DNA of 64,000 nucleotides, taken from contig JAAILG010000894.1 in assembly GCA_012026655.1 (NCBI GenBank), positions 1 to 64,000 on the forward strand, written 5' to 3'. This DNA comes from Hydrolagus affinis. Taxonomy: Eukaryota. Positions 25,414 to 36,640 of the stretch are shown piece after piece; within the stretch, counting starts at the first letter, position 1; every line of letters starts with the position of its first letter. The notes under the pieces are model-generated. The model was given only the letters and a program-made list of their open reading frames with translations, had not been told where the DNA came from and made no database searches. The translations under genes and the position numbers were made by a program.

Positions 25414-26367
25414 TGAGCTACATAACATTCATTTGATAGGAACAGCCTATTTTATCCATTTAAATTCGTAAACCCAACATATTTGTGACGTCCAACGGTC
25501 CATCTGCTTTAACAATGACTTTAAACAAACCCTGGTAAACGGATGTATTGCAGAGTAAAGACCCATTGATTTTCAAATCAATGTATCTTGTGCTTATGAA
25601 TTGTAGTAAATGTAGGTAATTCTCTGTCGCTCAGCAAGTTAAGTCACAGCTACTCCATTATTTGTATTAATGTTATACTCATGATGTCACAATAAAGTCA
25701 AAGTTTTCTCACATTATACAGCCAACCACAGCATAGGAGTAAGGGAGGAGAGGTACTCCTCCAATGTTGCTTTGTAACTGGACAGCAAAAAGTTTCAGAG
25801 AGTCCTGAAAGAAGACTGCCAATTATTCAGTCAACTTTGCATCCATCCCTCCTTGTTAGAAGTAATTATGGAGCGATACGCCACTTGGTATTGCTCCAAA
25901 AGATACCGCCAAGATTAGATATTAACCATGTGGTGAATTGCTGGGGCAAACCTAGATTTGACCAGCTTTTGTTTCAACAATAATCTTAAATTAAACAAAA
26001 TAACTTAATCTTGTAATTCGGTAGAAGGGGAAATAGGTTGTATTTGACAACTCACTGTTTACACATTATTTTTGCCCCTTTAAAATATATTGTTCTCACC
26101 TTCTTTACAGTAACACACAGGGTATGATTACTCAGCTAATGATGTCACATGTCGTCATTCATTGTTTTTATCTAACCACAGCAACACTTCCCGGGGATGT
26201 TTACTGCAGTTGAACCTCTGACCATCTCCTTACTGAGAGCATGGACCGAATTGTTGCTTCTGCCGATATAATCATCTAGCTGCTCTGTTGGAAAGTAAAG
26301 CACACGACTCATTCACTGCATGATGTTCTTCTATTGTGCAGGGGTGCAATTATTTACCACATTACTT

Positions 26368-26783
26368 GTGGAGTCCTGCAGCTCAGTGGTTAGAGCACAA
26401 GCCTCACAAGTGAGAGACTTGAATTCGATTCCCGCCAGGAACAAAATGCTGGGCAGTGTGGAGTGAGGAAAATTCTGTTTACCTTCCAGTAAGTAGTAAC
26501 CCGGATGTTGATTGGGGGATCGCTTTTCCGTGAGCAATAAATAATTCCTTCCAAAAAATATAAATAATAAATTGGTCACTCAATCCACGATTTTTGTGGG
26601 ACAAATGCTGTGTGCAATTTGGCAGCCGTGTTTCGCACACAAAATATGCATTCAATTCATTTTACATTATATTCCGTGAAGCCCTTTGAGATACCTCGAA
26701 GACGTGATAACAACATCTCTTATCTGAGATGCCGGACGGCGTCTCAGATAAGACGCTATATCAAATGCAAGGATTATTATTAT
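26368..26783 (+). mobile_element. Full-length SINE, long variant, with a hairpin insertion in the tail
   Basis: gtggagtcctgcagctcagtggttagagcac head, extra central segment at about 26470-26535, tail caaatgcaaggattattatt. Confidence 0.85.
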
Positions 26784-27192
26784 ATTCCAGCAACAGATTG
26801 TATCAGATCCCCTGGACTTGCAATTAGTGGCTCACTATAGTCACTTAGTTATTCTATGGAACCCTCATGTCCACCATTTATATCACTAGATTGATTGTAA
26901 CTTACAATTTTTTTCAATCAGAATTATTATGTACTATTATTAGTCATTTTAATGAACTCTCACCTAATCTACATTGAGATCCACATAGTTTTTCATACCC
27001 CTCCTCCTACCTATAGAATCAAAATACTCTGAATTACAGTCTTAGTCCAATGACATTAGTGTCATTTTAGCATGTGAAGTTCCTTGGTTAACAGAAGTGT
27101 GTATTTAAAGTAGTAATTCAATTTTTTAAAAATAATACATACAAGTTATTTCATTCATTGTCTAAAGCTTTTTCATTCATTGTCTAAGGTAT

Positions 27193-27490
27193 GTGGAGTT
27201 CTGTAGCTCAGTGGTTGGAGCACTCTCACCTTGCAAGCAAGGCAATTCTAGGCAGGACTAAACCTTGAGCAAGTTTCCATACTCCACACACCTGATGATA
27301 ACCTCTCAATAAAAACAATACATTGGTCAATTCAATCCATGACTGTTTGTGGGACACTGCTGTGCACAATTGACTGCCAGTTTCACACACAAATATACAG
27401 TCAAGTCACTTTACCGTATATTCTGTGAAGCACTTTGAGACGTCTAGAAGTAAAAAGCGCTATATCAAATGCAAAGATTATTATTATTAT
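27193..27490 (+). mobile_element. Full-length tRNA-derived SINE
   Basis: A-box head, shared core and (tta)n tail. Confidence 0.9.
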
Positions 27491-28278
27491 CTGCAAAGCT
27501 TTTTGACATCAGAATTCAATACCCTTCAATCAATTATTCAATGGCAACAATGACAAAAAATTAAAATGTGACAGTTCTTTGACCCATTTCTGTCAAGAGC
27601 AGCAGAATACCAAAAATAATAATAGCACCATATTAACCAGAAAATGTCTTTTCATCTGTGAACCTAGACCATAAGTAGGTTATTTGACCGTGGTTTATAT
27701 CACCTCTAAACCCAATTCTATCCTCATCCAATGTCCACTTTCCAGCAAATGTGACTCTAGCAACTACTGGAAGATTGGTTGATCTACACCCCTCCCTTTT
27801 ACTTGCGGTAATGATAGCAATTGTAATGGCTTTCCCCACTCCAGTAAGCACTGAATCTCAACGTTTTGGATCTGTACGTTTCACACTTGGCAAGGTCTTT
27901 AGCAACTGAGTCATCAGGGAGTATTTGATACCCCCATTTGATCACAGGAAAATAGAAGTAGACAGAAATTGAATCCTTACGATATTAGTAAGCATTTTTA
28001 AAATAATGCTTTGGAATAAACGTTTTGAAGAAAAAAACAGGAATGAAGTTTTAATAGCTTGAGGATTAAACAGATCCATCAGGCGCCTATTTCTAATATT
28101 ACAGGCATTTCATTTTATTTCACATTCGCAGCATTCCCCTTTCCTTTTATTGATGGCTTTACATATGGCTCATGATACCATTCTGTAATGTCTACCAAAG
28201 TTATTTTAAGGCCACTCAAGAGTGGGTCATCATTAAATCCTGCCCAGCGGATTATTTTTTTAATCTTGGTTTAAGGCG

Positions 28279-28541
28279 CCAACAGATTACACTTACAAGG
28301 GCGAAACCTTGGGCAAGTTTCTTGATTCCACACACACATGCCTGATAATAATCTCAAGAAAAAACACACAATTGGTCATTTCAATCCATGATTGTTTGTG
28401 GGACACCGCTGTGTGCAATTGGCTGCCGCCTTTCGCCCACAAATATACAGTCAATTCACTTTATAGTGTATTCTGTGAAGCGCTTTGAGACGTCTAGAAG
28501 ACGTGAAAGGCACTATATCAAATGCAAGGACTGTTATTATT
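28279..28541 (+). mobile_element. 5'-truncated SINE
   Basis: Starts at gggcgaaaccttgggcaagttt and retains an intact tail. Confidence 0.9.
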
Positions 28542-28889
28542 ACTTACCTCTTGTATAGTCATACAGCGTTAAGTGCAGTTTAAAAAAAGGTCAACTGGAG
28601 GGAGGAGGTAAATAAACTTTGTACAATCATCCGTCAGTCAGTTAGTCAGCAGCCTGGCCTTGGCCTGAATGTTGTGCCTTTTATCGGATGGTGATTGAAG
28701 GCACCTCACAGCTCGACGGAGTGAACCTTCCTTCCCTCAAACGGCGGCGGGGACAGCAGCCAACAGCCACATCAACCAGCGGGCCTTCCTTCATTATTAG
28801 CCACACGACCGACTGTCTCTTCTCTCCCTCCACACTGGGCAACGTGAGGGACACCGGAGAGAATGTATCAGAAAACCCTCATGAAATCC

Positions 28890-29166
28890 CTCTCACCTAC
28901 AGTGCTTACCTACCTGTTTGTCACTGCCTCTTCGCACATGCGCTCTCTTTCCCTCACTGCCTCCCCCCCCACCAACCTGGATTTATTTTACGACACCAAT
29001 GTACGACACTCGTTTATAAGTCGAACAAATAGCGAGACTTTCAGTTCAGTGGACGGTGGTGGGATTCAGGCTGCCCCACTGCCGTAAATCGGGTGGCTGC
29101 GTGCATCCCACTAAAAGACCCGTACGTCTTTTGTACCGAGGCGGGAGAAGGTCAAAGGGCTTGAGG
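28890..29166. promoter_or_regulatory. Probable bidirectional BAG5/COA8 promoter, including the probable BAG5 non-coding exon 1
   Basis: CpG-rich patch between divergent genes; three minus-strand donor consensus sites at 28891-28916 (AG|GTGAGA, AG|GTAAGC, CAG|GTAGGT). Confidence 0.6.
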
Positions 29167-29373
29167 ATGGTCGTGTGTAAACTCGCGGGTTCCGTTGGCC
29201 CGGCTCGGCCTCGGCTTCGCCTTCTCGCCTCCCGGGGGCTGTCAGTGGTTCAAACAGTCCTCCACACTCGGGTGAAGGCGACTGAAGCTGCCGGCGGAGT
29301 CGAACCTCTGTCGGGCAAATGTTATTCAACCGCCACTCGCGGGACAGAGCGACTGAGTGAGGCCGGCGAGAAG
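29167..29373 (+). CDS. COA8: Cytochrome c oxidase assembly factor 8 (APOPT1), exon 1, with an Arg-rich presequence-like N-terminus
   Basis: ATG in good context (aggATGG), MVVCKLAG...EAGEK, donor AAG|gtaaaa, 207 nt phase 0, joins exon 2 in frame. Confidence 0.8.
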
Positions 29374-29384
29374 GTAAAAAACGT

Positions 29385-29450
29385 TATTTATTATATTAAT
29401 AATAAATAATATATTAATAATAAATAATATTATATTAATAATAAATAATA
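29385..29450. repeat. AT-only tandem repeat (tatattaataataaataa about 3 times)
   Basis: Read directly; may be an expanded tail of the adjacent minus-strand SINE remnant. Confidence 0.85.
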
Positions 29451-29531
29451 GCGATCTTTCTTTGCATTTTGATATTGCGCCTTTCAAGTCTGGAAGACTT
29501 CCCCAAAAGTCTTTCACACGACATTATAAGT

Positions 29532-29840
29532 GGGAGTCCTGGAGCTCAGCAGTTAGAGCCCAGTCGCTTCGCAAGCGAGAGTAGCACTGGGTTCGATTCC
29601 AGGCAGGTCAGGGTGAAAGCCTTGGGCAAGTTTCCATACTCCACATGCCTGATAATAATCCCTCAAGAAATTGGTCATTTCGATCCACGATGACAGTTTG
29701 TGGGACACCGCTGTGCGCAGTTGGCTGCCGTGTTTTGCTCATAACTATACAGTCAATTCACTTTACAGTATATTCTGTGAAGCGCGTTGAGACGTCTAGA
29801 AGACGTGAAAAGCGCTATATCAAATACAGGGATTATTATT
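29532..29840 (+). mobile_element. Full-length SINE in COA8 intron 1
   Basis: ggagtcctggagctcagcagttagagc...ggttcgattcc (B box)...tail. Confidence 0.9.
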
Positions 29841-29949
29841 AATATAATACTTTGGAGTGTCTATATTTTGCTACCCAGTTGGTACAGCAGTGTGCTACAA
29901 ACAGCCTTGAAGGACCTACTTACTGATCTATCCACTTTATCTGAGGGGT

Positions 29950-30620
29950 TTGTTGGTCATCACACTGGTAGAAACTTCTCTTTTTGAATACTGCCTTGGG
30001 ATCTTTAATGTCCATCTGACCAGGAAGGCCTAGGTTTAATCATCATCGTCATCATAATAATAATGCTTGCATTTGATATAGTGCCTTATCACGCCTTCAG
30101 GATGTCTTGATGATTTTCACAGATTCTATTCTAAAGCGAATTGACTGTTTATTTTGTGGGTGAAAATTCACTTCTGAAGGATGACGCCTCTAAGCACCTC
30201 TTACCCACCTCCCCGCACACTGCGTTGTGGAGCGACAGTTTATCCAGTGGTCTCAGTATCTCAAACGGATTTTATTCATTTAACCTTTGAATGAAATTTG
30301 CAACATTTGAGATTATTGCTGTGATCGACGCGAACAGTTGGGAACAGTTGTAATCGGTTTAGTGGTTAAAAGCAATTAGAAGTTTGTTCTGTTGCTTTGC
30401 ACGACCAGCACTGCATTGATGCCAAAGCTGGTGCGATAGCAGCTCTGCACCTCGTGCCGCGATTGGGGGGTTGCTATGATTGCACAAAATCATGTGGTTG
30501 GCTGAATGCAGCTACATGACCGAGCTTGTGAGACTCTGACTTAGGCTATATGAGTTCAAGTCCTGAGGTAGGGTTTGACCCCACAACCTTCTGACTCAAA
30601 ACTGAGAGTGAGCTATACTG
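29950..30620 (-). mobile_element. Fragmented old DeuSINE with a young SINE tail nested at 30057-30167
   Basis: Deu-like block at 29951-30040; tRNA-like head reverse complement tttgaccccacaaccttctgactca at 30574-30600. Confidence 0.55.
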
Positions 30621-30717
30621 ACATACTGTGTATTACATCTTTGTATTAGTCTTGAGGAATATGATAAATATATCTAGATTGTTATAATTATTGTGAAATT
30701 AATACATATTTTTCTAG

Positions 30718-30915
30718 GTTTCAAGTTTTCAGCCTCCAGTAGGCTCACACTTTGACTGGATCGGTCCTCCAGATAGAGTTTCAAACCTAAGACCTATAAA
30801 GTTTTATATTCCAAAGAATGAAACCAAGCTGGAACAGCGGCTGAGGAAGATGAGGCAAGAAACTCAGTATTGGAACCAACATTTCTGGTCGAAGCAAAAC
30901 GTGACCTTCAATAAG
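30718..30915 (+). CDS. COA8: COA8 exon 2
   Basis: tttctag|GTT...AAG|gtaggt, 198 nt; encodes [45 protein letters not shown], the APOPT family signature. Confidence 0.97.
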
Positions 30916-32511
30916 GTAGGTACTGCATTGTTTTTGTGAACTTGCATTCTGAAGGGATTGTTTTCTCTCTGCAGCAAAGTTTGGAACCTATATGGTGAAA
31001 CCAATGATGCTTAGCTATAATAACAACAACTTTGATTTATATAGCGCCCTCCATGCTGGATGGCGTATCATGCATAGTGCCATGTATTGTGGATTGCACA
31101 GCAAGATTGTGCTCTACAAGATAATAATACTTCCAATTGTATTGGGCATGTTTCTGAAGTTGGGGCAGATTATTGTGAGTTTTACTATGTGTTGAACAAT
31201 GCTTGGTTTTGACTATCAAACAGTGCTCGATTTTTACTGGCTGATTGAAAATGCTCATTTTCCTACCAGCAACATCCTTCACTCAGCAGAGTGAAGACAG
31301 GGAGGAGTGTGAGAGAAAAACAAATGTTAGGCATTTTCATAATGCTTTTACACTTCAAAATATCTCCCAAGGAATTCACAACTAATATTGGCAAATTTGC
31401 ATCAGCCAAGTCCTAAACAAAATGGCCAATTAATCTATGTATTATTTTCTTCTCTGATTAATAACATGGGATCTTCAATGTCTGATCGAAAATGGTTCAA
31501 AATCATCTTTATTTTCTTAATGTTTCATCCAAGGCTAACGTTCATTGCTCCGTTCCAGTGTTAATTTCAGCGCTTTGTGATGTGCTCCCGGCATGAAAAG
31601 TGCTCTATAAATGTAATTTTGTTGCTGTTAAACTGGAGTGCCTCCCTAAGATCTTGGAACTATAATCTTCAAGAGATGGGAATGCTATCAATTAAATTAA
31701 ACCTTCTACTTTAAAAAAATAGGTTCAACAAATAGAGAATGTCAGTGACTCACTGGTGTAATAATGAATGGATGATGGGGTGTGTATAGAAAATGCTATG
31801 AATCACAATATGGATTACTGAAATAACCTTAAGAGATGAGAACACTCCTTGATCTCATTTCATCACCCCTTGCAGCTGCTTGCATTCTCTTTGACTGGAA
31901 GCCTTTTCAGTCAGATTCTGCCTGTTGAAATGTAATTCAAATGTTGGCCCTCGTGTATTTGGCCAAGTGCCTCGCCTTTGGCTTGCAATTTTGTGTTTAA
32001 CATTGAGCTGGTGGCTCAGTCAGCTAAAATGTCCAAATGTTTTGTATACTTAGATAAATAGAGTTTATTTGCTTGTTATGTAGGGTTGGTTATTGTGGGG
32101 CAGTTACATTTTAAATACTTCCACCTCTTTTGTGATGCATCAGCCCACAAGCTATTTTATTTCTGTTTGAATTAATCACATTCAGCCATTGCATGTTCAG
32201 TCAGGATTTGTGTACCACTGATAGAGCCTCTGGGGTGAGGTTACAGTTCTGATTTGCAGAGCTCTGTATTTTCCTTTGAGCTCTATGCAGTGTGTTTCTT
32301 TGGAAGCCCAGATTTATTGATGAAAGTACATTTAAATGTGCAAAGCAATTGTTTAGGTTCATTTTGTCTTTTTTTAACCCCCCCCCCCCCTACTAAATTT
32401 CCTTTCCAATAAAGTGGAGAATTTTAAGAGAGAGGCATCATGATTAAATAATGGAGGAGAGAGAAATATTACTTTGCTAGTATTTTTGTCAATTAAATCG
32501 ATATCCTACAG

Positions 32512-32575
32512 GAAAAAGACCAGTTCATACAGTCCCAGCTACGAGCAAAAGGAATGGAATTAAGAGATGAGGATG
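32512..32575 (+). CDS. COA8: COA8 exon 3
   Basis: tacag|GAA...GAT G|gtgagt, 64 nt; EKDQFIQSQLRAKGMELRDED. Confidence 0.95.
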
Positions 32576-33220
32576 GTGAGTAAAATCTACTTTTCTGATT
32601 TCAGTCAAGTTACATGAAAGGTTTTGCTTAATTTATAAAGAAATTTTGAAGCGAATATTTGCTTTTCTCCTTTTCCTGCTTCACACATCTGTGAGGCATT
32701 TATTCTCTGTGAAAGGCAGATGACAAGAAATTGCATTTACATATGTAAATGCATACAAATGAGGTACATACGTTAAAAATATAAATGTTTTATTTTAACC
32801 CATGTACAATAATGCCCATTTACCATAAATGCTACATGAAAATATTTAAATCCAAAGAATTCCATTACAAAATCTTAATACATTTATTTTGTTATTATAG
32901 TATACAATGTTAACAAGTGCATTGTGGCTTTGATACTTGTGTATATTAAAATGATAACCTTTGAGAAAATGATAAATTTTCACCCACACTTAGAATCGAC
33001 TATTGTGTCAATTGACTATTTCGAGTAAATTCTGTGAAGCCTTTGAGACTTTTAGAAGATGTGAAAAGCACTATATTAAGGATTATTGTTTTAAATTGAC
33101 TGGATTTAAAACATGTTGTTTACTCTTTTGTGAATGTCTCCGGAGAATGATGCTCCCTTGTTTCAACAGTAATTCATGCAGGATATGTGTAACTTAATTT
33201 GGTGTGATACAAACTTTTAG

Positions 33221-33311
33221 GGAGAAAAAACACACTGAATGCAGAAGAAATGGCTGAATTTTACAAGAACTTTCTTAATAAAAACCACAGAAAACATGGA
33301 AACTATAACAA
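33221..33311 (+). CDS. COA8: COA8 exon 4
   Basis: ttttag|GG...AAC AA|gtaagt, 91 nt; [17 protein letters not shown]. Confidence 0.96.
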
Positions 33312-33989
33312 GTAAGTAAATCTAATCATTATTGTATAGCAAGAAATGCTGCTCCGAGAGTTTTAAAAAAAAAAAGAGGGGGAAAGAGGTGGGGGAAATT
33401 ACCAATGACAAATGATATCTCCCAAAGTCGTTTTCTGAAATGCAGAGTAAGATTACCTTAATTATTTAATACCGGTGGCTACATATTGCCATTTCAAATA
33501 AAATATTAATTGAAGCTTGATACGTGCTTTATAACCAACATATGCGCTCCATAAATTTGCCTGTATTTTAGTTCACAGATAGATTACTGGGGCAGATGAC
33601 TTAATTGATAATAAAGCTTGCTATTTTTAGAAGGATAAATTGATCATAGTCATATGCCCTATTCTCATTGCTTCAGAGTAGAATGGCAGTACATGTTAAG
33701 TAATTTGCATTCTTGTCTGCCCAGCTGCAAGAACTTGCATCAAAAGGTATTGTACAATAATTAGTATTGGGTGTAGTGACTGTTTTTCTAGCTAGCCAAT
33801 TTACTAGTGGTTTTGTGAATAGTAGCGAAGCTATGAGGCAAAAGGGAAATATTTTTAAAAAGTTGCTATCCTTTTAGTTATCTTCCTAATCATTTGGTTT
33901 GCTTTCTGGATATTCATCATGTAATTTTGCACATAGAATATACTGTATGATCGGGTGCAACAATTAAACTTTGATTTCTCTTTTGGCAG

Positions 33990-34089
33990 GGAATGGTACA
34001 AACGTAACTTTACCATTACATGGTGGATGGGTCAAGTATTCCTGCAAAGAGTTTGGAGGAAGCTGCGATGGAGGAAGGAAACTAGATAA
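33990..34089 (+). CDS. COA8: COA8 exon 5 (last), coding part
   Basis: ggcag|G GAA TGG TAC AAA CGT AAC TTT...AGA TAA; EWYKRNFTIT; total CDS 660 nt = 219 aa plus stop. Confidence 0.96.
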
Positions 34090-34146
34090 TTCTGTTTTTC
34101 CAAATAGTTTAAAACACTGGGGATTTGGAATTTAACTGTACTTTCA

Positions 34147-34195
34147 AATAAATTACTAAGTGCAATTAAAGCTCCAATGCCACACGATGAATAAA
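34147..34195 (+). terminator. Candidate COA8 polyadenylation signals
   Basis: AATAAA at 34147 and 34190 with ATTAAA between them; U-rich sequence downstream. Confidence 0.55.
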
Positions 34196-34943
34196 AATAT
34201 AATATATTTGTATTATTTACTGTTAAGATTTTTTGCACAATTTATAGTGTTTTTGCATAATTTCAAAACTTCAAATGTATATAGCCTTCTGTAAATTCTT
34301 TTCTTGCTGTATTTTCTGGAATCCATAGCAGTAACAGCTGATCAAGAGTCCATCATATCAAAGACTTGGTTCTACTTTTTTATGTTCCCAGGCAAAAGCC
34401 AGTCTGTTTCTCATCATATTTCATTATCGTATTTCAATTAAATATTTAAAAATCAATGGTGTTTACCAATAAATATTTTAATACACAGTATAAAGTATTC
34501 ATTTTTCACTTGCTATTTTCAACATGCATGTCAAATTATTGTTTTATCTAAGGAAATACAACAACACTAATATCTCCTTCTATTGTACAGAAGAACCAAC
34601 TACTATAGAAATGGAAAATATATTGTTTCCATCTGCTTTCTATGAAGTATGCATTATTTTTAAACTGTTGCAAGGACACTTCTAAACATGTTTATTATCT
34701 TTAAGTATTCAAATGTTAACTGCAGAATATTGTCAGTAAAGTTTAGCAGACAAACAGCAACATACTCTCATTCACTTAAACTAGGACATGGGTCCGCTCA
34801 GGACTGCTCATGGATAGTTATTACAGGTAGAAATCGCTTAACGTTGCTTCGGTCAACATTGTTTTGCTATTGCTGATACACAGGGGAACATATATTCATT
34901 TAATGTTCACTATTTTGTCATTTGCCCGGCTGAAAACAAACGA

Positions 34944-35133
34944 CACTTAGTCCTTGCTTAAAATCGCAGTTGCTTTAGTGAAAAATGTGACTTTAAGCAA
35001 AACGGTACTTGAGTAGTGTAGGTGTACATAGATGCTGAATATCCAGTATTCTTGCTAGGGTTCGCTTAACATAATTTCGCTTAAAGTCACACTTTTCGAG
35101 AACACAACCGTGACGTTAAGCGAGGACTAAGTG
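34944..35133. mobile_element. Tc1/mariner (Tigger-like) MITE, about 190 bp
   Basis: TIRs cacttagtccttgcttaa / ttaagcgaggactaagtg, inner inverted block gtgactttaagc / gcttaaagtcac, TA on the right flank. Confidence 0.8.
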
Positions 35134-35295
35134 TACATAAGAAGTTTTAATTGGAGAAGATGATTCAAACCACTCGGGGGTTTCTAAACAGTATTTATAT
35201 CTAGTATTTATATTAAATTAATTTTTAATCTCATTTGAATAACATCTTCAGAATATTTATTTTAAGTGTGAAAAGGTGCCATAAGTTGCACTCTT

Positions 35296-35393
35296 AAATA
35301 TACAGTCAATTCACTTTACAGTATATGCTCAAGTGCTCTGAGATATCTAGAAGATGTGAAAAAGCGCTATATCAAATGCAAGCATTATTATTA
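35296..35393 (+). mobile_element. SINE 3' tail
   Basis: aaatatacagtcaattcactttacagtata...aagcgctatatcaaatgcaagcattattatt. Confidence 0.8.
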
Positions 35394-35805
35394 TAAGCAA
35401 GGTATTATTTAACATTTTTAAATTTACATTTTATAAACTTTTGGGGATTTGAGAATTAAATGAAATTGTTTGGAGAATAATAATATTCCTTGCATTTGAT
35501 ATACTATACTGCCTTATAATTAAAAAAAATGTTGTGGTTGAATGTTTAAATACAGGTTTGCACCTGAGATGCTAACCAGCATTTGACATGCAGTGCATTC
35601 CCACCAATATGTTATTGCATTCATATAAATCGAGAGCAGTTTTTTTCCATTTTTATAGATATATACATTATACACACAAAAAAAACACAGGAAAGGGGAC
35701 CCTGTTTCATCCTTCTCATCCCCCTAACTGAATATGATATAATGCTTTTGCATTCATTACAATCTGGTACAGGATGAGTGGGCAACTGTGCGGGGGAGAG
35801 GGGAG

Positions 35806-35973
35806 AATAATAATAATCCTTGCATTTTGATATATAGCGCTTTTTATGTCTTCTGGGCGTCTCAAAGCGCTTCACAGAATATACTGCAACGTGAGTTGAC
35901 TATACAATATTTTTTGGGCGAAACGCGGCAGCCAATTGCGCACAGCAGCGTCCCACAAACAGTCGCAGATTGA
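35806..35973 (-). mobile_element. SINE 3' half immediately upstream of the KLC1 promoter
   Basis: aataataataatccttgcatt...gcggcagccaattgcgcacagcagcgtcccacaaacag. Confidence 0.85.
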
Positions 35974-36059
35974 AGTGAGAAAGCAACTGAGTGAGAAAAG
36001 GGAACACATTCAATCCTTCATCTCTGTCACGGTTGCTGTACATAACATTGCTCTGTGTG

Positions 36060-36380
36060 TGAGAGAGATGATTGACAGGTGACGGCGGTTGGGTGGGGTG
36101 GGAGGGGAGTGGGTGATTGACAGATTGACGTCAAGTTCCCCCCGCGCAGAGTGCTGTGGGTAGGGAGGCAGCGCCATCTTTTGCCCGAGAAGGAGCGGCG
36201 CCGGGGCTGAGGCGAGTGGCGCAAAGGGCGAGGAGGAGGAGGAGGAAGGAGAGGCGGGGGGAAGGGGGGGGGTGCGGCCTTCAGAACATCTGGAAATTTC
36301 CATCAGACACACAGCCCCGGAATTAGGCACCGAAAAGGACCGGACTAGCAGGCGGTGGATGTGAAATATATAAATACGGC
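36060..36380 (+). promoter_or_regulatory. KLC1 CpG-island promoter
   Basis: GC/CpG-rich; TGATTGACAG twice (36069, 36114), CRE TGACGTCA at 36126, YY1-like CGCCATCTT at 36172, TATATAAA at 36367. Confidence 0.7.
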
Positions 36381-36640
36381 CTTGTACCTCCATCGTCACC
36401 CCCACCATCACCCCTCTCACTCTCTCTCTATGCGGCGGTGCCGGAGCCGCTGATTTTTTTTCTAACCGGCTTGGCCTCTGGCCAACGTTAAGCAGACACA
36501 GAGAGACAGCGAGAGAGAGAGAGAGAGAGGAAGGAAAGAAAGAGTCAAGACCACTTCTCCTTTCCATCAGACTGAAGACACAACGTCTGCAAGTCTTCAA
36601 GTCTTCTCCCCTCAGCGGACCCGTTTCTTTTCATATCACG
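36200..36640 (+). other. KLC1: KLC1 non-coding exon 1 (start approximate)
   Basis: Donor ACG|gtaggt at 36640/36641 at the end of the CpG island; exon 2 has an acceptor 1 nt before the ATG, so an upstream exon is required. Confidence 0.6.

Noticed and set aside
36010-36600. 196-aa minus-strand ORF
   Set aside because: Low-complexity translation of a GC-rich promoter and GA repeats, with a non-ATG start
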